From positions 2,912,001-2,976,000 of the forward strand of contig OZ245838.1 of the NCBI GenBank assembly GCA_965228735.1: a stretch of 64,000 bases of DNA. Reading direction: 5' to 3'. Made by a program: the position numbers and the translations under genes. The notes beneath the pieces were generated by a model that was given only the letters and a program-made list of their open reading frames with translations, was not told the DNA's origin and made no database searches. The number at the start of each line of letters is the position of its first letter. Within the stretch, counting starts at the first letter, position 1. Shown here piece by piece: positions 49,183 through 58,766 of this stretch. This DNA is from Planctomycetota bacterium. GTDB lineage: Bacteria > Planctomycetota > UBA1135 > UBA2386.

Positions 49183-50393
49183 CCAACGCGATGGAGAAGG
49201 CCAAGGATCGGAGATTGGAATGGTTGCTGCGCGAGGCAGTCGGCGGCCGCGGACCGAGTTCCACTCGAACACCGGTGCCGCAAACGAGCGCGCCAGCGCA
49301 CCGATGGCTGCTTGCCGCAGTGGCGCTCCTCGCACCGCTGGTGGTGTATGGCGTCGCGACGCTCGAAGACTCGGAACAGCACGCGTCGCCGGCACCGGCT
49401 TCGCCCCAGGGTGCACCGGTCTGGCACGACGTCCGCGACGCTGGCGATATCGCGAACCTGCCCGCCGACGCGATCAACCTCCGCTGCTACGGCTTCGACG
49501 ATGCGGGACTCGCCGCCTTGTCGCAACTCACCCGAATCAAACGACTGGATCTCGGCCCGGTGAACCGGAGCGGCGCCAACGAGCCGCCGGCCATCTCCGA
49601 CGCGGGAGTCGCGCTTCTTGGCGACCTGAAGCTCACCGACCTTTCGCTCCGCGGCTGCGCCGCGCTGACGGACGACATCGGAGCGACCCTGTCGAGAATG
49701 GTGACGCTGCGGCGACTCGACCTGGCCGCCATGCCGAAGATCACGGCCGCGCTGCTGCCGCAGCTGCCCGCCGGACTCGTCGCGCTGGCCCTGGACGGGA
49801 ATCACCGCCTCAGAGGGCGCGGCCTGCGACGCCTTCCCGAACTCCCCAACCTGCTCGAGCTGTCCCTCGACGACGTCCCGGCGATCACCGATGACGACCT
49901 CCGACTCATCCTCGAAGGCCGCGGTCTTGCCGTGCTCCGTCTCGGCGGCGGCCACCCGGTTCACCGGAACGGAGCGGTCATGATCCCCACCGACTCCCAA
50001 CTGACGTCGGCGGCTCGCGAGTCGATCTCGGCTCACACCAGCCTGACCGAACTCGGGTTGTCGGGCAGCGTGCCGTGGCTCGATGCCAGCGTCATGGCAT
50101 CCATCGGCGGGCTGCCTGCCCTCCTCGAGCTGGATCTCGCGGGGAACAACACGATCACCGGCGAGCTGCTTGCGCCGCTGGCGACGTCGCGCTCGCTGCA
50201 CACGCTGCGGTTGACGAACTGCAAACGGGTTCGAAGCGACGCCCTCGACGGTCTGGCGGGCCTCGCGCTTCGCCGGCTCGATCTCGACGGCACGAACCTG
50301 ACGGAGGCGGCCGTCAAGGCGGCCGCTCGGGCATGGCCTGGCTGTCAGGTCACGATGCCGGATGGCAGCCGCTACCAAGTCCCGGTCAAGTAG
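49179..50393 (+). CDS. Putative anti-sigma factor: short N-terminus, TM helix, LRR domain
   Basis: ATGA overlap with the ECF gene; WLLAAVALLAPLVVYGVA TM; ISDAG/LTDD/ITDDD-type LRRs. Confidence 0.82.
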   Translation: MTNAMEKAKDRRLEWLLREAVGGRGPSSTRTPVPQTSAPAHRWLLAAVALLAPLVVYGVATLEDSEQHASPAPASPQGAPVWHDVRDAGDIANLPADAINLRCYGFDDAGLAALSQLTRIKRLDLGPVNRSGANEPPAISDAGVALLGDLKLTDLSLRGCAALTDDIGATLSRMVTLRRLDLAAMPKITAALLPQLPAGLVALALDGNHRLRGRGLRRLPELPNLLELSLDDVPAITDDDLRLILEGRGLAVLRLGGGHPVHRNGAVMIPTDSQLTSAARESISAHTSLTELGLSGSVPWLDASVMASIGGLPALLELDLAGNNTITGELLAPLATSRSLHTLRLTNCKRVRSDALDGLAGLALRRLDLDGTNLTEAAVKAAARAWPGCQVTMPDGSRYQVPVK

Positions 50394-50405
50394 CCGACAG
50401 CGAGA

Positions 50406-51710
50406 CTAACGAATCACGGCCCCGCCCCGCCACGGCTCGGGCTTCGGCAGCTCCGGCATGTTGAGCGTGAGGATCGCCATCGCGGTGCCGTAGCCGGCCG
50501 AGCGCGGGAACTGGCGGTCGTTCCAGCTGCCGTCGGGTTCGATCGAGCGCGCGAGCACGACGCGCATCCGGTCGCGCAGCTCGTCCCGCAGCCTCTGGTC
50601 CTCGATCTGCTCGATCGCCTGCGCGGCGTAGACGTGACCGAACATGAAGTAGTACGGCGCGATGCCGTAGGGCCGCACGTGCGTGCCGCGCTGGCTCTTG
50701 CGCACCGCGAGCTCGTCCCAGTTGTCGAAGAAGCTCTGCACCGCGCGCTCGAGCCGCGCGTCGTCGCCGCGACCGGCGAGCTTCAGCGTCGTCTCGCAGA
50801 GCGCCGCGCGCGCGGCGGCGCCCGGCGTCTTGTCCATCATCGACAGCTTCTCCTCGGGGACCTCGTTGCGGTTGCCGGGGCCCGCGCCGTAGGCGTAGCC
50901 GCCGGCCTGACTGCGCGCCCGTTCGAGCGCATCGAGGGCCTGGTCGACGACGTGCTTCGGCACCTCGTGACCACGCGCCTCGGCGTGGAACAACGCCTGC
51001 AGCGCCGCCGGCGTCATGAACGTCGACGCGCGGTTCTTCGGGCTCAGGAAACCGGCGCGGCGCGAGTAGTTCCAACCGCCGCTCTCGGGGATCGCGGACT
51101 CGACGAGCGACTGCACCAGGAACGTGGTCTTGCTGCGCACCCCGTCCGCGTGCGCAGCGGGCACGAGCCCCTGGTCCTGCAGGTGCAGGAACAGCTGCAG
51201 CGCGTAGATCTTGCCCCAGTTGCGCACGTCGTAGCGGCCCTCGAAACCGATCGTCATGCGCTCGACCTCGAGCGTCTTCAGCACGAACGCGACCCCGCGC
51301 TCGACCGCGGACTGCCGTTCGGTGTCGCGCTCGTAACCCGGCGCGGCGATGAGCCCGAGGCAGACGATCGCCGTGCCGCCGACGCGGTAGCCGACGGGCA
51401 GCTGCCCGCGGTCTTCGCGGTAGACGCCTTCGTAGGGCCACTGGTCGCCATCGCCTTCGGGCAGCGCGAGCAGCGCCGTGACGGCCCGCGCGTTCGCCGC
51501 CTCGACCGCGAGCGGCGCCGGATCCGCGACGGGCAGCTCGTCGCGGTCGAACAACCGCGGCGCGGACGGCGAGTTCTTCGGCCGTTTGCTGGTGACCGGC
51601 GGATCGACCGCCCGCGGGTCGCCCTTCTCGGACTTGCTCTGGCCCGGCAGATCAGCAGCGACCTGCCCCAGGGTCAGGAGCAGAACGAACGGCGCGAGAC
51701 GAGCGGTCAT
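50406..51710 (-). CDS. Secreted prenyltransferase/squalene oxidase repeat protein
   Basis: Signal peptide; GGWNY, STFMT, GGYAY, YYFMFGHVYAA, DGSWND and YGTAMAIL. Confidence 0.8.
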   Translation of the reverse strand: MTARLAPFVLLLTLGQVAADLPGQSKSEKGDPRAVDPPVTSKRPKNSPSAPRLFDRDELPVADPAPLAVEAANARAVTALLALPEGDGDQWPYEGVYREDRGQLPVGYRVGGTAIVCLGLIAAPGYERDTERQSAVERGVAFVLKTLEVERMTIGFEGRYDVRNWGKIYALQLFLHLQDQGLVPAAHADGVRSKTTFLVQSLVESAIPESGGWNYSRRAGFLSPKNRASTFMTPAALQALFHAEARGHEVPKHVVDQALDALERARSQAGGYAYGAGPGNRNEVPEEKLSMMDKTPGAAARAALCETTLKLAGRGDDARLERAVQSFFDNWDELAVRKSQRGTHVRPYGIAPYYFMFGHVYAAQAIEQIEDQRLRDELRDRMRVVLARSIEPDGSWNDRQFPRSAGYGTAMAILTLNMPELPKPEPWRGGAVIR

Positions 51711-51781
51711 GGGACCGATCGGAACCCCCGATCGCTCGGAGCACAAGTGTCGCGGCCCGGATGGTCGATTAGGGTGACGTG

Positions 51782-52567
51782 ATGCGCCTCCGCCCCCGCA
51801 TGTTCGTGTTGCCGCTGATCGCGCTCGCGGTCGGGATCCTGTTCTGGCAAACCGCGGAGCCCGCGGGTGCGGCGCCGGCGTGCACGTGGCGCGTCGGGCG
51901 CGGCGTCGACTTCGTCCAGGGCGCCAACTACGACACGCTGCCGGCCGAATCGCCGCTGCGGCTCTCGGTCGTCTGCCCGAGCCCGCGCTACCTCTACGTC
52001 TTCTCGCACAGCCAGGAGGACGGCACGGTCCTGCTCTTCCCCTCGACCGGCCTGAAGACCGACCTCACCAACCCGCTGCCCGAGGGCCGCTCGGTGCTGC
52101 CCGGGCAGAACGGCGGGGATGCGATCTACTGGACGAGTCGCGCGCGCATCGCCGCGATCACGACGTTCATCGCGGTCGCATCCGAGGAACCGATCGCGGA
52201 ACTCGACGCGCTGCTGCCGCGACTGCGAAGCTGGACCAACTCGGTCTTCCCCGACGGCTCGATGGCCGTCACGCAGCCGGCCGAGAGCGCGGACTTCCTC
52301 GGCAGGCCGCGCGCGCCAATCCCGAGCGGCCTGCTGCAGAAGGTCGCCGAGCTGAGCCTCGAGGCGACGCTGACGAACGGGCCGATGACGGCGATCCCGG
52401 GCCGCACCGGCATCTGGGGAGCGAGCTGGCGCATCAAGGAGAAGGCGGGCACCGCGCCGAAGCAGGCGAAGCAGAACGGCGTGCCGACGCCGACCGTGCC
52501 GAACCCCGAGAGCCTGATTCCAAAGACCGGCCCCGCCAACCCGAAGCCGGCCGGCGGCAAGAAGTAG
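51782..52567 (+). CDS. DUF4384-like exported protein
   Basis: N-terminal TM or signal; YLYVFS..EDGTVLLFP motif. Confidence 0.7.
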   Translation: MRLRPRMFVLPLIALAVGILFWQTAEPAGAAPACTWRVGRGVDFVQGANYDTLPAESPLRLSVVCPSPRYLYVFSHSQEDGTVLLFPSTGLKTDLTNPLPEGRSVLPGQNGGDAIYWTSRARIAAITTFIAVASEEPIAELDALLPRLRSWTNSVFPDGSMAVTQPAESADFLGRPRAPIPSGLLQKVAELSLEATLTNGPMTAIPGRTGIWGASWRIKEKAGTAPKQAKQNGVPTPTVPNPESLIPKTGPANPKPAGGKK

Positions 52568-52569
52568 GC

Positions 52570-53145
52570 CTACTCGGCCAGCGCGTCCTCGACCGCGGCG
52601 CACAGCACGTGCACGCAGGCGAGGTGGCTCTCCTGGATGCGCGCCGTGTTGGTCGACGGCACGTGGATCGCGACCTCGGTGAACTCCGTCGCCGCGCCGC
52701 GCTTCTCGCCGCAGAGCAGCGCCGTATCGATGTTCATCGCGCGCGCCTGCCGCATCGCGGCGACGACGTTCTTGCTGCCGCCCGACGTCGTGATGCCGAT
52801 GAGCAGATCACCGGGCTTGCCGATCGCCTCGACCTCGCGCGCGAACACGTGCTCGTACCCCGCGTCGTTGCCGATCGCCGTGAGGCTCGGCACCTGGTGC
52901 CCGAGCGCGATCGCAGCGTAGGGGCGCCGGTCCTTGTGTTCGAACCAGCCGACGAGCTCGCCCGCGGCGTGCGACGCGTCGCACGAGCTGCCGCCGTTGC
53001 CGCAGAGCATGATCTTGCCGCCGCGCTGCAGCGTCGCGATCGCCAGGTCGCAGAGCTGCCCGAGCGCCGGCAGGCACACCTCGAGGAACCGCTGCTTGGT
53101 CGCGATGCTCTCCTCGAACGTCGCGCGCATCTTGTCTGAATCCAT
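52570..53145 (-). CDS. gmhA: Phosphoheptose isomerase (SIS domain)
   Basis: CGNGGSSCDASH, TAIGND, TTSGGS and ARIQESH. Confidence 0.92.
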   Translation of the reverse strand: MDSDKMRATFEESIATKQRFLEVCLPALGQLCDLAIATLQRGGKIMLCGNGGSSCDASHAAGELVGWFEHKDRRPYAAIALGHQVPSLTAIGNDAGYEHVFAREVEAIGKPGDLLIGITTSGGSKNVVAAMRQARAMNIDTALLCGEKRGAATEFTEVAIHVPSTNTARIQESHLACVHVLCAAVEDALAE

Positions 53146-53326
53146 CGTCACGGCGTCCGATGCTACTGGTCCCCGCCAGAAGTTCGCCACATATGTCGCC
53201 GGCCCTGCACGCCGCTCGCGCCGTTGCAGCGTCCTCCACATATCCACCGATATGCCTGCGGCGCTGCCCCTTGCGAGCATCGCGCATTGCTCGCCGACAT
53301 CTGCACCGAACCTCTGGCGGGGACCA

Positions 53327-54481
53327 CTACTGTCGCGCCGCCGCGAGCGCGCTGCCGATATCGGGTCGTTGCCCGGCCGCGGTCAGCGCGTCGCCGAACG
53401 CCGCGAGCGCCCGCAGCACGTTCTCCGGCCGGGCGCCGTGGCCCATGAGCCCGACGCGGAACGCGCGGCCCTGCAGCGGCCCGAGCCCGCCGCCGACCTC
53501 GATGCCGTGACGCTGGCGCAGGTGGGACCGGAATGCGCCATCATCGACGCCATCGGGATACCGCACCGTCGTGAGCATCGGCGTCGCGTGTTCGACCGGC
53601 ACGAGCGGCTCGAGCCCGAGCTCGGACAGCCCGGCGCGGAGTGACCGCGAGACCTGCCGGTGACGTTCGGCGCGGGCGGCGAGGCCCTCGTCGAAGACCT
53701 CGTCGAGCGCCGCGGCGAGCGCGTAGATCATGCTGACGGGCGCGGTGTAGTGATACGCGCGCTCGGTGCCGAAGTAGCCGTTGAGCAGCTTGAGGTCGAA
53801 GTAGAACGGCGCGGGCCGGTCGCGCGCTTCGGCGCGCTCGACCGCGCGCGGCGAGAACGTGACGGGCGCGAGGCCGGGCGGACACGACAGACACTTCTGC
53901 GTGCCGCAGAACGCCGCGTCGACGCCCAGCGCGCCGAAGTCGAGTTCGAGCCCGCCGATGCTCGTCACGCAGTCGACGACGAACATCGCACCGTGCTCAC
54001 GCGCGCTCGCCGCGATCGGCTCGAGGTCGGTCAGCACGCCCGTGCTGGTCTCGGCGTGCACGACCGCGAGCAGGCTCGTCGGCCCGGCCGCGACCGCCGC
54101 CGCGATGGCGTCCGGATCGAGCGGCGTGCCGAACTCCGCGGTGACCTCGACGACCTCGGCACCGACGCGCCGGCACGAGTCCGCAAAGCGCCCACCGAAC
54201 ACGCCGTGCACGCCGACGACGACGCGTTCGCCCGGCGCGACGAGGTTGTGCACCATCGCCTCCATGCCCGACGAACCCGTGCCGGCGAGCGGCAGCGTGA
54301 GCGGATAGTCGACGCCGAACAGCGTGCGCAGCCGCGCCTGCACGAGATCGAGCAGCGGCAGCAACGTCGGGTCGAGGTGCCCGAGCAACGGCATCGCCTG
54401 CGCCGCCCGCACGGCCGGGCTCGTCGGCGACGGGCCCGGCCCGAGCAGCAGGACCTCGTCCGGTCGGAAGCCCATCGTCAT
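53327..54481 (-). CDS. Alanine/serine--glyoxylate aminotransferase (class V PLP)
   Basis: LLGPGP, GHLDP, VHAETSTG, DCVTS, TQKCL and YHYTAP. Confidence 0.93.
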   Translation of the reverse strand: MTMGFRPDEVLLLGPGPSPTSPAVRAAQAMPLLGHLDPTLLPLLDLVQARLRTLFGVDYPLTLPLAGTGSSGMEAMVHNLVAPGERVVVGVHGVFGGRFADSCRRVGAEVVEVTAEFGTPLDPDAIAAAVAAGPTSLLAVVHAETSTGVLTDLEPIAASAREHGAMFVVDCVTSIGGLELDFGALGVDAAFCGTQKCLSCPPGLAPVTFSPRAVERAEARDRPAPFYFDLKLLNGYFGTERAYHYTAPVSMIYALAAALDEVFDEGLAARAERHRQVSRSLRAGLSELGLEPLVPVEHATPMLTTVRYPDGVDDGAFRSHLRQRHGIEVGGGLGPLQGRAFRVGLMGHGARPENVLRALAAFGDALTAAGQRPDIGSALAAARQ

Positions 54482-54834
54482 TCGGCGAGCGGCTTGGCGA
54501 TCGCGAGCCAGACGGCGGTCCCGCCGAGCGCGAGCGCGAACAGCAACGCGACACCCCAGGGCACGATCTTCTTCTTCGCCAGCGTGGGCAGCACCGCGAT
54601 GACGAGCCAACAGCCGATCTTGAGGATCAGCCACATCGGCCACCCGTAGCCGAGCTTGTGGGCCTGCCCGATACCGGCGACGATCATCACGAGCAGCCCG
54701 ACGCCGTGCAGGATCGAAAACAGCGCGGGCGCCTTGGCGCCGTCCTTGCCGGCCGCGGCGAACATCGCGCCAAGGCCGAGGAACAGCATCAGGACTCCAA
54801 CGATGTGGGCGATACGATAGAACTCAGCGGACAT
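54478..54834 (-). CDS. Small four-TM membrane protein (SirB-like)
   Basis: YRIAHIVG, HGVGL and WLILKI; overlaps the aminotransferase start. Confidence 0.8.
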   Translation of the reverse strand: MSAEFYRIAHIVGVLMLFLGLGAMFAAAGKDGAKAPALFSILHGVGLLVMIVAGIGQAHKLGYGWPMWLILKIGCWLVIAVLPTLAKKKIVPWGVALLFALALGGTAVWLAIAKPLAE

Positions 54835-54975
54835 GGCCGGCCATTAGAGCGGCCACCGCGGCGGTTTCCCCCTCAGAACCGAAGCGGAGCGCCGAAGGCG
54901 CTCGGCGAGGTCCTGAGCAAGTTTGCCCGCCGCGCGGGCAACCTTGCTCAGAACGGAATCGGCCAGCCGACCTTC

Positions 54976-55758
54976 ATGCCGGAGAACGAGAACCCGTTCG
55001 AGCGCCTGCGCGCGCTCGCCGCAGCCAGCCCGGTCGTGACCGCTCACCGCGGTGACAGCGGGCGCCTGCCCGAGAACACGCTGCCCGCGTTCGCCGCGGC
55101 GACGGCGCTCGGTTGTGCGATGCAGGAGTTCGACGTCCGCGAAACGCGGGACGGCGAGCTCGTATGCATCCACGACGCGACGCCCGATCGCACGACGAAC
55201 GCCGCGCAGCTGCTCGGGCCGGATCGGCCGATCGTCGCGACGGACCTGGCAACGCTGCGCACGCTCGACGCCGGCGGTGGCGCGGTCGTTCCGCGCCTCG
55301 ACGAAGCGCTGGCGGCGATCCGGCCCGGCATCCCGATGATCGAACACAAGGCCGGCGACCCCGCGACGTTCCTCACGCTCTTGCGGCAACGCGGTGAACT
55401 GGCGCGCTGCATCCTGCAGTCGTTCGACTGGGGTTTCGTCGCCGCGGTGAAGACGGCCGCCCCCGAAGCCGCCGTCGCGCTGCTCGGCCCCGGCCCGTTC
55501 GCGGCCCGGCTGGACGCCGAGGCGATTGCCGCAGCACGGCGTCTCGGCGCCGGCATGCTGCACTGGCGCGAGCGCGACCTCGACGCGGCAACGGTGGCAC
55601 GAGTTCACGCCGCCGGGCTGCTCGTCTGCAGCTACACGACGGATGACGCCGACGGGATGCGCCGCGGCGCCCGGATCGGAATCGACGCGATGTGCACGAA
55701 CGAGCCGGGCCGGATGCTCGAACTCGCGCGCGCCGGCGAACTGCACCGCGCGCGGTGA
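54976..55758 (+). CDS. Glycerophosphodiester phosphodiesterase
   Basis: AHRG, PENT, EFDV..TRDG...CIHD, IEHK and QSFD. Confidence 0.92.
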   Translation: MPENENPFERLRALAAASPVVTAHRGDSGRLPENTLPAFAAATALGCAMQEFDVRETRDGELVCIHDATPDRTTNAAQLLGPDRPIVATDLATLRTLDAGGGAVVPRLDEALAAIRPGIPMIEHKAGDPATFLTLLRQRGELARCILQSFDWGFVAAVKTAAPEAAVALLGPGPFAARLDAEAIAAARRLGAGMLHWRERDLDAATVARVHAAGLLVCSYTTDDADGMRRGARIGIDAMCTNEPGRMLELARAGELHRAR

Positions 55759-55822
55759 CGGCGCCCGGATGGAGCGGGCGCCACTGGCATAGCCCACTCG
55801 CAGGGGCCCACTCGCAGAGGAT

Positions 55823-56266
55823 CTAGTGGATCGTCAGCGTCGCCGACGTGCCGTCGTGGCTGATCTGCAGGCGGATGCGGTAGCCCTTGAGCGTCTCGTC
55901 CACGATCACGATCTCGACGAGCCGCACGTTCGCGTTCCGGAACCCGGCGATGACCGTGCTGCTGAGCGAGACGTCGCGGCCCGCGACCGGCAGCGGCACG
56001 ATCAGACCCGAGAGCGGATCACAGGCCGTCGCCACCACGGCGCCCATCGATTGCGGCACGCGCAGCGTGAAGTCGCGGTCGAGGCTGGCCAGCTGTCGAC
56101 TTGCCCCAAGGGCCGGGCCGACACCCGGCGTGCCGACGTTCGCGCACGCCGGCAGGATCCAGACCCCGGTGCCCCCTGCGTTCTCACCGCCTTCGTTGCC
56201 AGTCGTCGGCGCGGCAAGCCACATCGCAGCGAGCGCCACGAGCAGGAAGCGGAGGGATTGTTTCAC
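55823..56266 (-). CDS. Small secreted hypothetical protein
   Basis: GTG 56266; KQSLRFLLVALAAMWLAAP signal; GGENAGGTGVWILP. Confidence 0.7.
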   Translation of the reverse strand: MKQSLRFLLVALAAMWLAAPTTGNEGGENAGGTGVWILPACANVGTPGVGPALGASRQLASLDRDFTLRVPQSMGAVVATACDPLSGLIVPLPVAGRDVSLSSTVIAGFRNANVRLVEIVIVDETLKGYRIRLQISHDGTSATLTIH

Positions 56267-56389
56267 GGCTGGTTTGGGGAGGAAGCGAAGGTCTAGAGGA
56301 TACCGTCGGGGCGCCCGGAAGGAAGGGCCCGCGCGGGGAAAGACGCTGGACCGAACATCGGCCATCGCCCCCACGGGGCTTTACGGCGG

Positions 56390-57574
56390 CTAGCCCGCCT
56401 CCGCGAACCAGACGGGCAGGGTTTCCGCAAACCGCCCCCGGATCCCGGGATGGCTCCGGACGATGTGCAGGAACTGACTGCGCCGTTGCAGCTCCCGCGC
56501 CACGACGCCGCGCCGGTGCGGCAGTTCGTCGTGCAGGCGCTGGAACCAGCGCAGCGACTCGTCGAACTCGCCCTTGAGGCCGTAGGCGAGCCCGAGGTTG
56601 AAGTAGGCCATGCCGAGGCGCGGCTGCTCGGCGACGACCCCGGACTCGACGACCTCGAGGAGGAGTTCGGCCGCGCCGTCGCAATCGCCCTCGTCGAGGT
56701 GCAGGTTGCCGAGGTTGAGAAGCGCGTAGCCACGCATCACCGGCTCGTTCGTCCCGGCGAGAACCTGGGAGAACTGCTGCTTCGCGAGCGTGCGCTGCCC
56801 GCGCACGTGGTGCACGAGCCCGAGGTAGATGCGGGACTCGTGGGAGTCGGGGTCGAGGGCGAGGCACTCGGTCAGCAGGCGCTGCCCCTTCGCGAGCGCC
56901 TCGGAGGCCGAACACCACCGACCATCGAACAGCTCCTTGGCCGCGACCCAGGGCGCGCCGGCCGGACCGGCGGACTCGCCGCCCGCGTCGCTCCCAATCG
57001 CCGAGTGCCCAATCGTGGAGTGCTCGCTCGCGGGGTGCTCACTCGCGACGTGATCGTTCGCCGCCATCGCCGCCTCGGACTCGGCCGCACGCGCGACCTC
57101 GTCGAGCAGGTGCCGACCGCGCTGCGCCATATCGGGCATCGGCACGGGCTCCTTGGACACCTCCTTGGAGAAGTCCGGCGACAGCCCCATGAGAACGAAG
57201 CAACGACCGAGCTCGTAGAGGATCTTCGAGAGCTTCTCGCGGTTGTCCGTGAGCTGCTGCCGCAGTCGCATCGCGGCTGCCGAGCTGTCGCTGTCGCTGT
57301 CCGCCGCGGCGGCTGCGGTCGGCCCGCCGACCCGGTCGCGAACCCCAGCGGCCAAAGCCCCATCAGCCAGCTTGGCCAGCGCGAGTTCGCGGTGCATGCG
57401 CACCTGGCTCCGAATGCCCTGCAGGAACCCACGGCACGACGAGCACGCGTCCGAATGCACCATGACACGGCGCACCGAGGGCGCGTCGAGCTCACCGTCG
57501 AGCATCGCCGACAGATCCACCTGGATCTGCATGCACGGATCGTGCTCGCGATCGAGAGCTGGCAAAGGCGGCAT
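56390..57574 (-). CDS. Soluble zinc anti-sigma (zf-HC2) plus TPR protein
   Basis: LSAMLDGEL...HSDACSSC; TPR motifs (YALLNLG, AYFNLGLAY); no TM helix. Confidence 0.85.
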   Translation of the reverse strand: MPPLPALDREHDPCMQIQVDLSAMLDGELDAPSVRRVMVHSDACSSCRGFLQGIRSQVRMHRELALAKLADGALAAGVRDRVGGPTAAAAADSDSDSSAAAMRLRQQLTDNREKLSKILYELGRCFVLMGLSPDFSKEVSKEPVPMPDMAQRGRHLLDEVARAAESEAAMAANDHVASEHPASEHSTIGHSAIGSDAGGESAGPAGAPWVAAKELFDGRWCSASEALAKGQRLLTECLALDPDSHESRIYLGLVHHVRGQRTLAKQQFSQVLAGTNEPVMRGYALLNLGNLHLDEGDCDGAAELLLEVVESGVVAEQPRLGMAYFNLGLAYGLKGEFDESLRWFQRLHDELPHRRGVVARELQRRSQFLHIVRSHPGIRGRFAETLPVWFAEAG

Positions 57575-57603
57575 CTTGGCAGGGACTAGCAGGCGGACGC
57601 GAC

Positions 57604-58569
57604 TCAGTCACCCGGAACGCCGAAGACGATCGGCGATTGAGGCGATTTCGCGACATTCGAACGAGGATGGCCGGCGGGCGGTGCAACCTTCCGCGGCGAA
57701 ACTCCGCGGCCGGGGCGCGACGGCCCCCCAATGGACGACGCGCCGATGGACGACGCGGCGGTAGCCGCGGACGCTGCCGAGCGTGCCGCGAGGTCACCGA
57801 GCGTGCGCTCCATGCCGCGGTAGATCTTCCGCCGGCCGCGGAAGATCACCATCTTGAGGTTTTCGAGGCGGATGCCGAGGTCCGCGGCGGCGTCGCGATA
57901 CGACGTCCCGTCGACCTCGACGAGTGTGAGTGCGCGGCGCTCGCGCGGCGACAGCTTGCCAAAGTGCAGCAGGTAGAGCTGCAGGTAGAGCACGTAGGCC
58001 GTGTTCACGACCTTGGCGCTCTCGGCGTCGCTCACCGCGCGGTCGGGCCGGCGCGACCGCAGGTCCTCCGGCGGCGCGACGTCCTCGTCCATGCCGCGGA
58101 ACACCGCCAGGCGCGTCGCGCCCTTCAGGAACTTCAGCAGCGTGTTGCGCGCGATGCGGTGGCCCCAGCCGCGGAACGCATCCGCCCGGTCCGGGTGGAA
58201 CCGATGCGGGTAGCGGTAGATGTTGAGGAACACCTCCTGCAGCACATCGTTGCTGTCGATGTGGTGGAACGACCGCCGCAGCTTGGACTGGATCGCCTGC
58301 AGGAAAGAGGCGCGGTTGAGTTCGTACAGCAGCGCGAAGACCTGCGGATCGCCGCTGGTCTTGTAGCAGTCCATGAGGCTCGTGCTGACCCAGTCCTCGT
58401 ATTGCTGATCGGTCGCGACCGACACACCGTCGCGCGGCGACTGCCCGTTCGCGAGGCGATGCAGCGCGCTGTCGCCGGTACGCTCCCAGAGCTCTCCGAG
58501 GCGGAGGGCGAGCGCTTGCCGGTCTGCGGTTCGGCGCGACGCTGCGGAGCTGTGACGTTCTTGCGACAT
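57604..58569 (-). CDS. ECF sigma factor with N- and C-terminal extensions
   Basis: DSNDVLQEVFLNIYR, FRGWGHRIARN and SYRDAAADLGI..ENLKMVIFRGRRK. Confidence 0.88.
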   Translation of the reverse strand: MSQERHSSAASRRTADRQALALRLGELWERTGDSALHRLANGQSPRDGVSVATDQQYEDWVSTSLMDCYKTSGDPQVFALLYELNRASFLQAIQSKLRRSFHHIDSNDVLQEVFLNIYRYPHRFHPDRADAFRGWGHRIARNTLLKFLKGATRLAVFRGMDEDVAPPEDLRSRRPDRAVSDAESAKVVNTAYVLYLQLYLLHFGKLSPRERRALTLVEVDGTSYRDAAADLGIRLENLKMVIFRGRRKIYRGMERTLGDLAARSAASAATAASSIGASSIGGPSRPGRGVSPRKVAPPAGHPRSNVAKSPQSPIVFGVPGD

Positions 58570-58766
58570 GACGGGAAGCGGAGGTCGGCCAGTCGCTTGG
58601 CCAAGGTCAAATGGGCCGCGGCGGGGCCGCGGACCAGTCACATCTTGCCATAGCCGAGCCCGTTCGGGAAGTCACGACCACCGGAACGCTATACGGCTAG
58701 CCGCAAATTATCCCGGAGCCGCACTTCGCCACGGATCGGGCTCCCGCCGGATCCACACCCAAGGCA

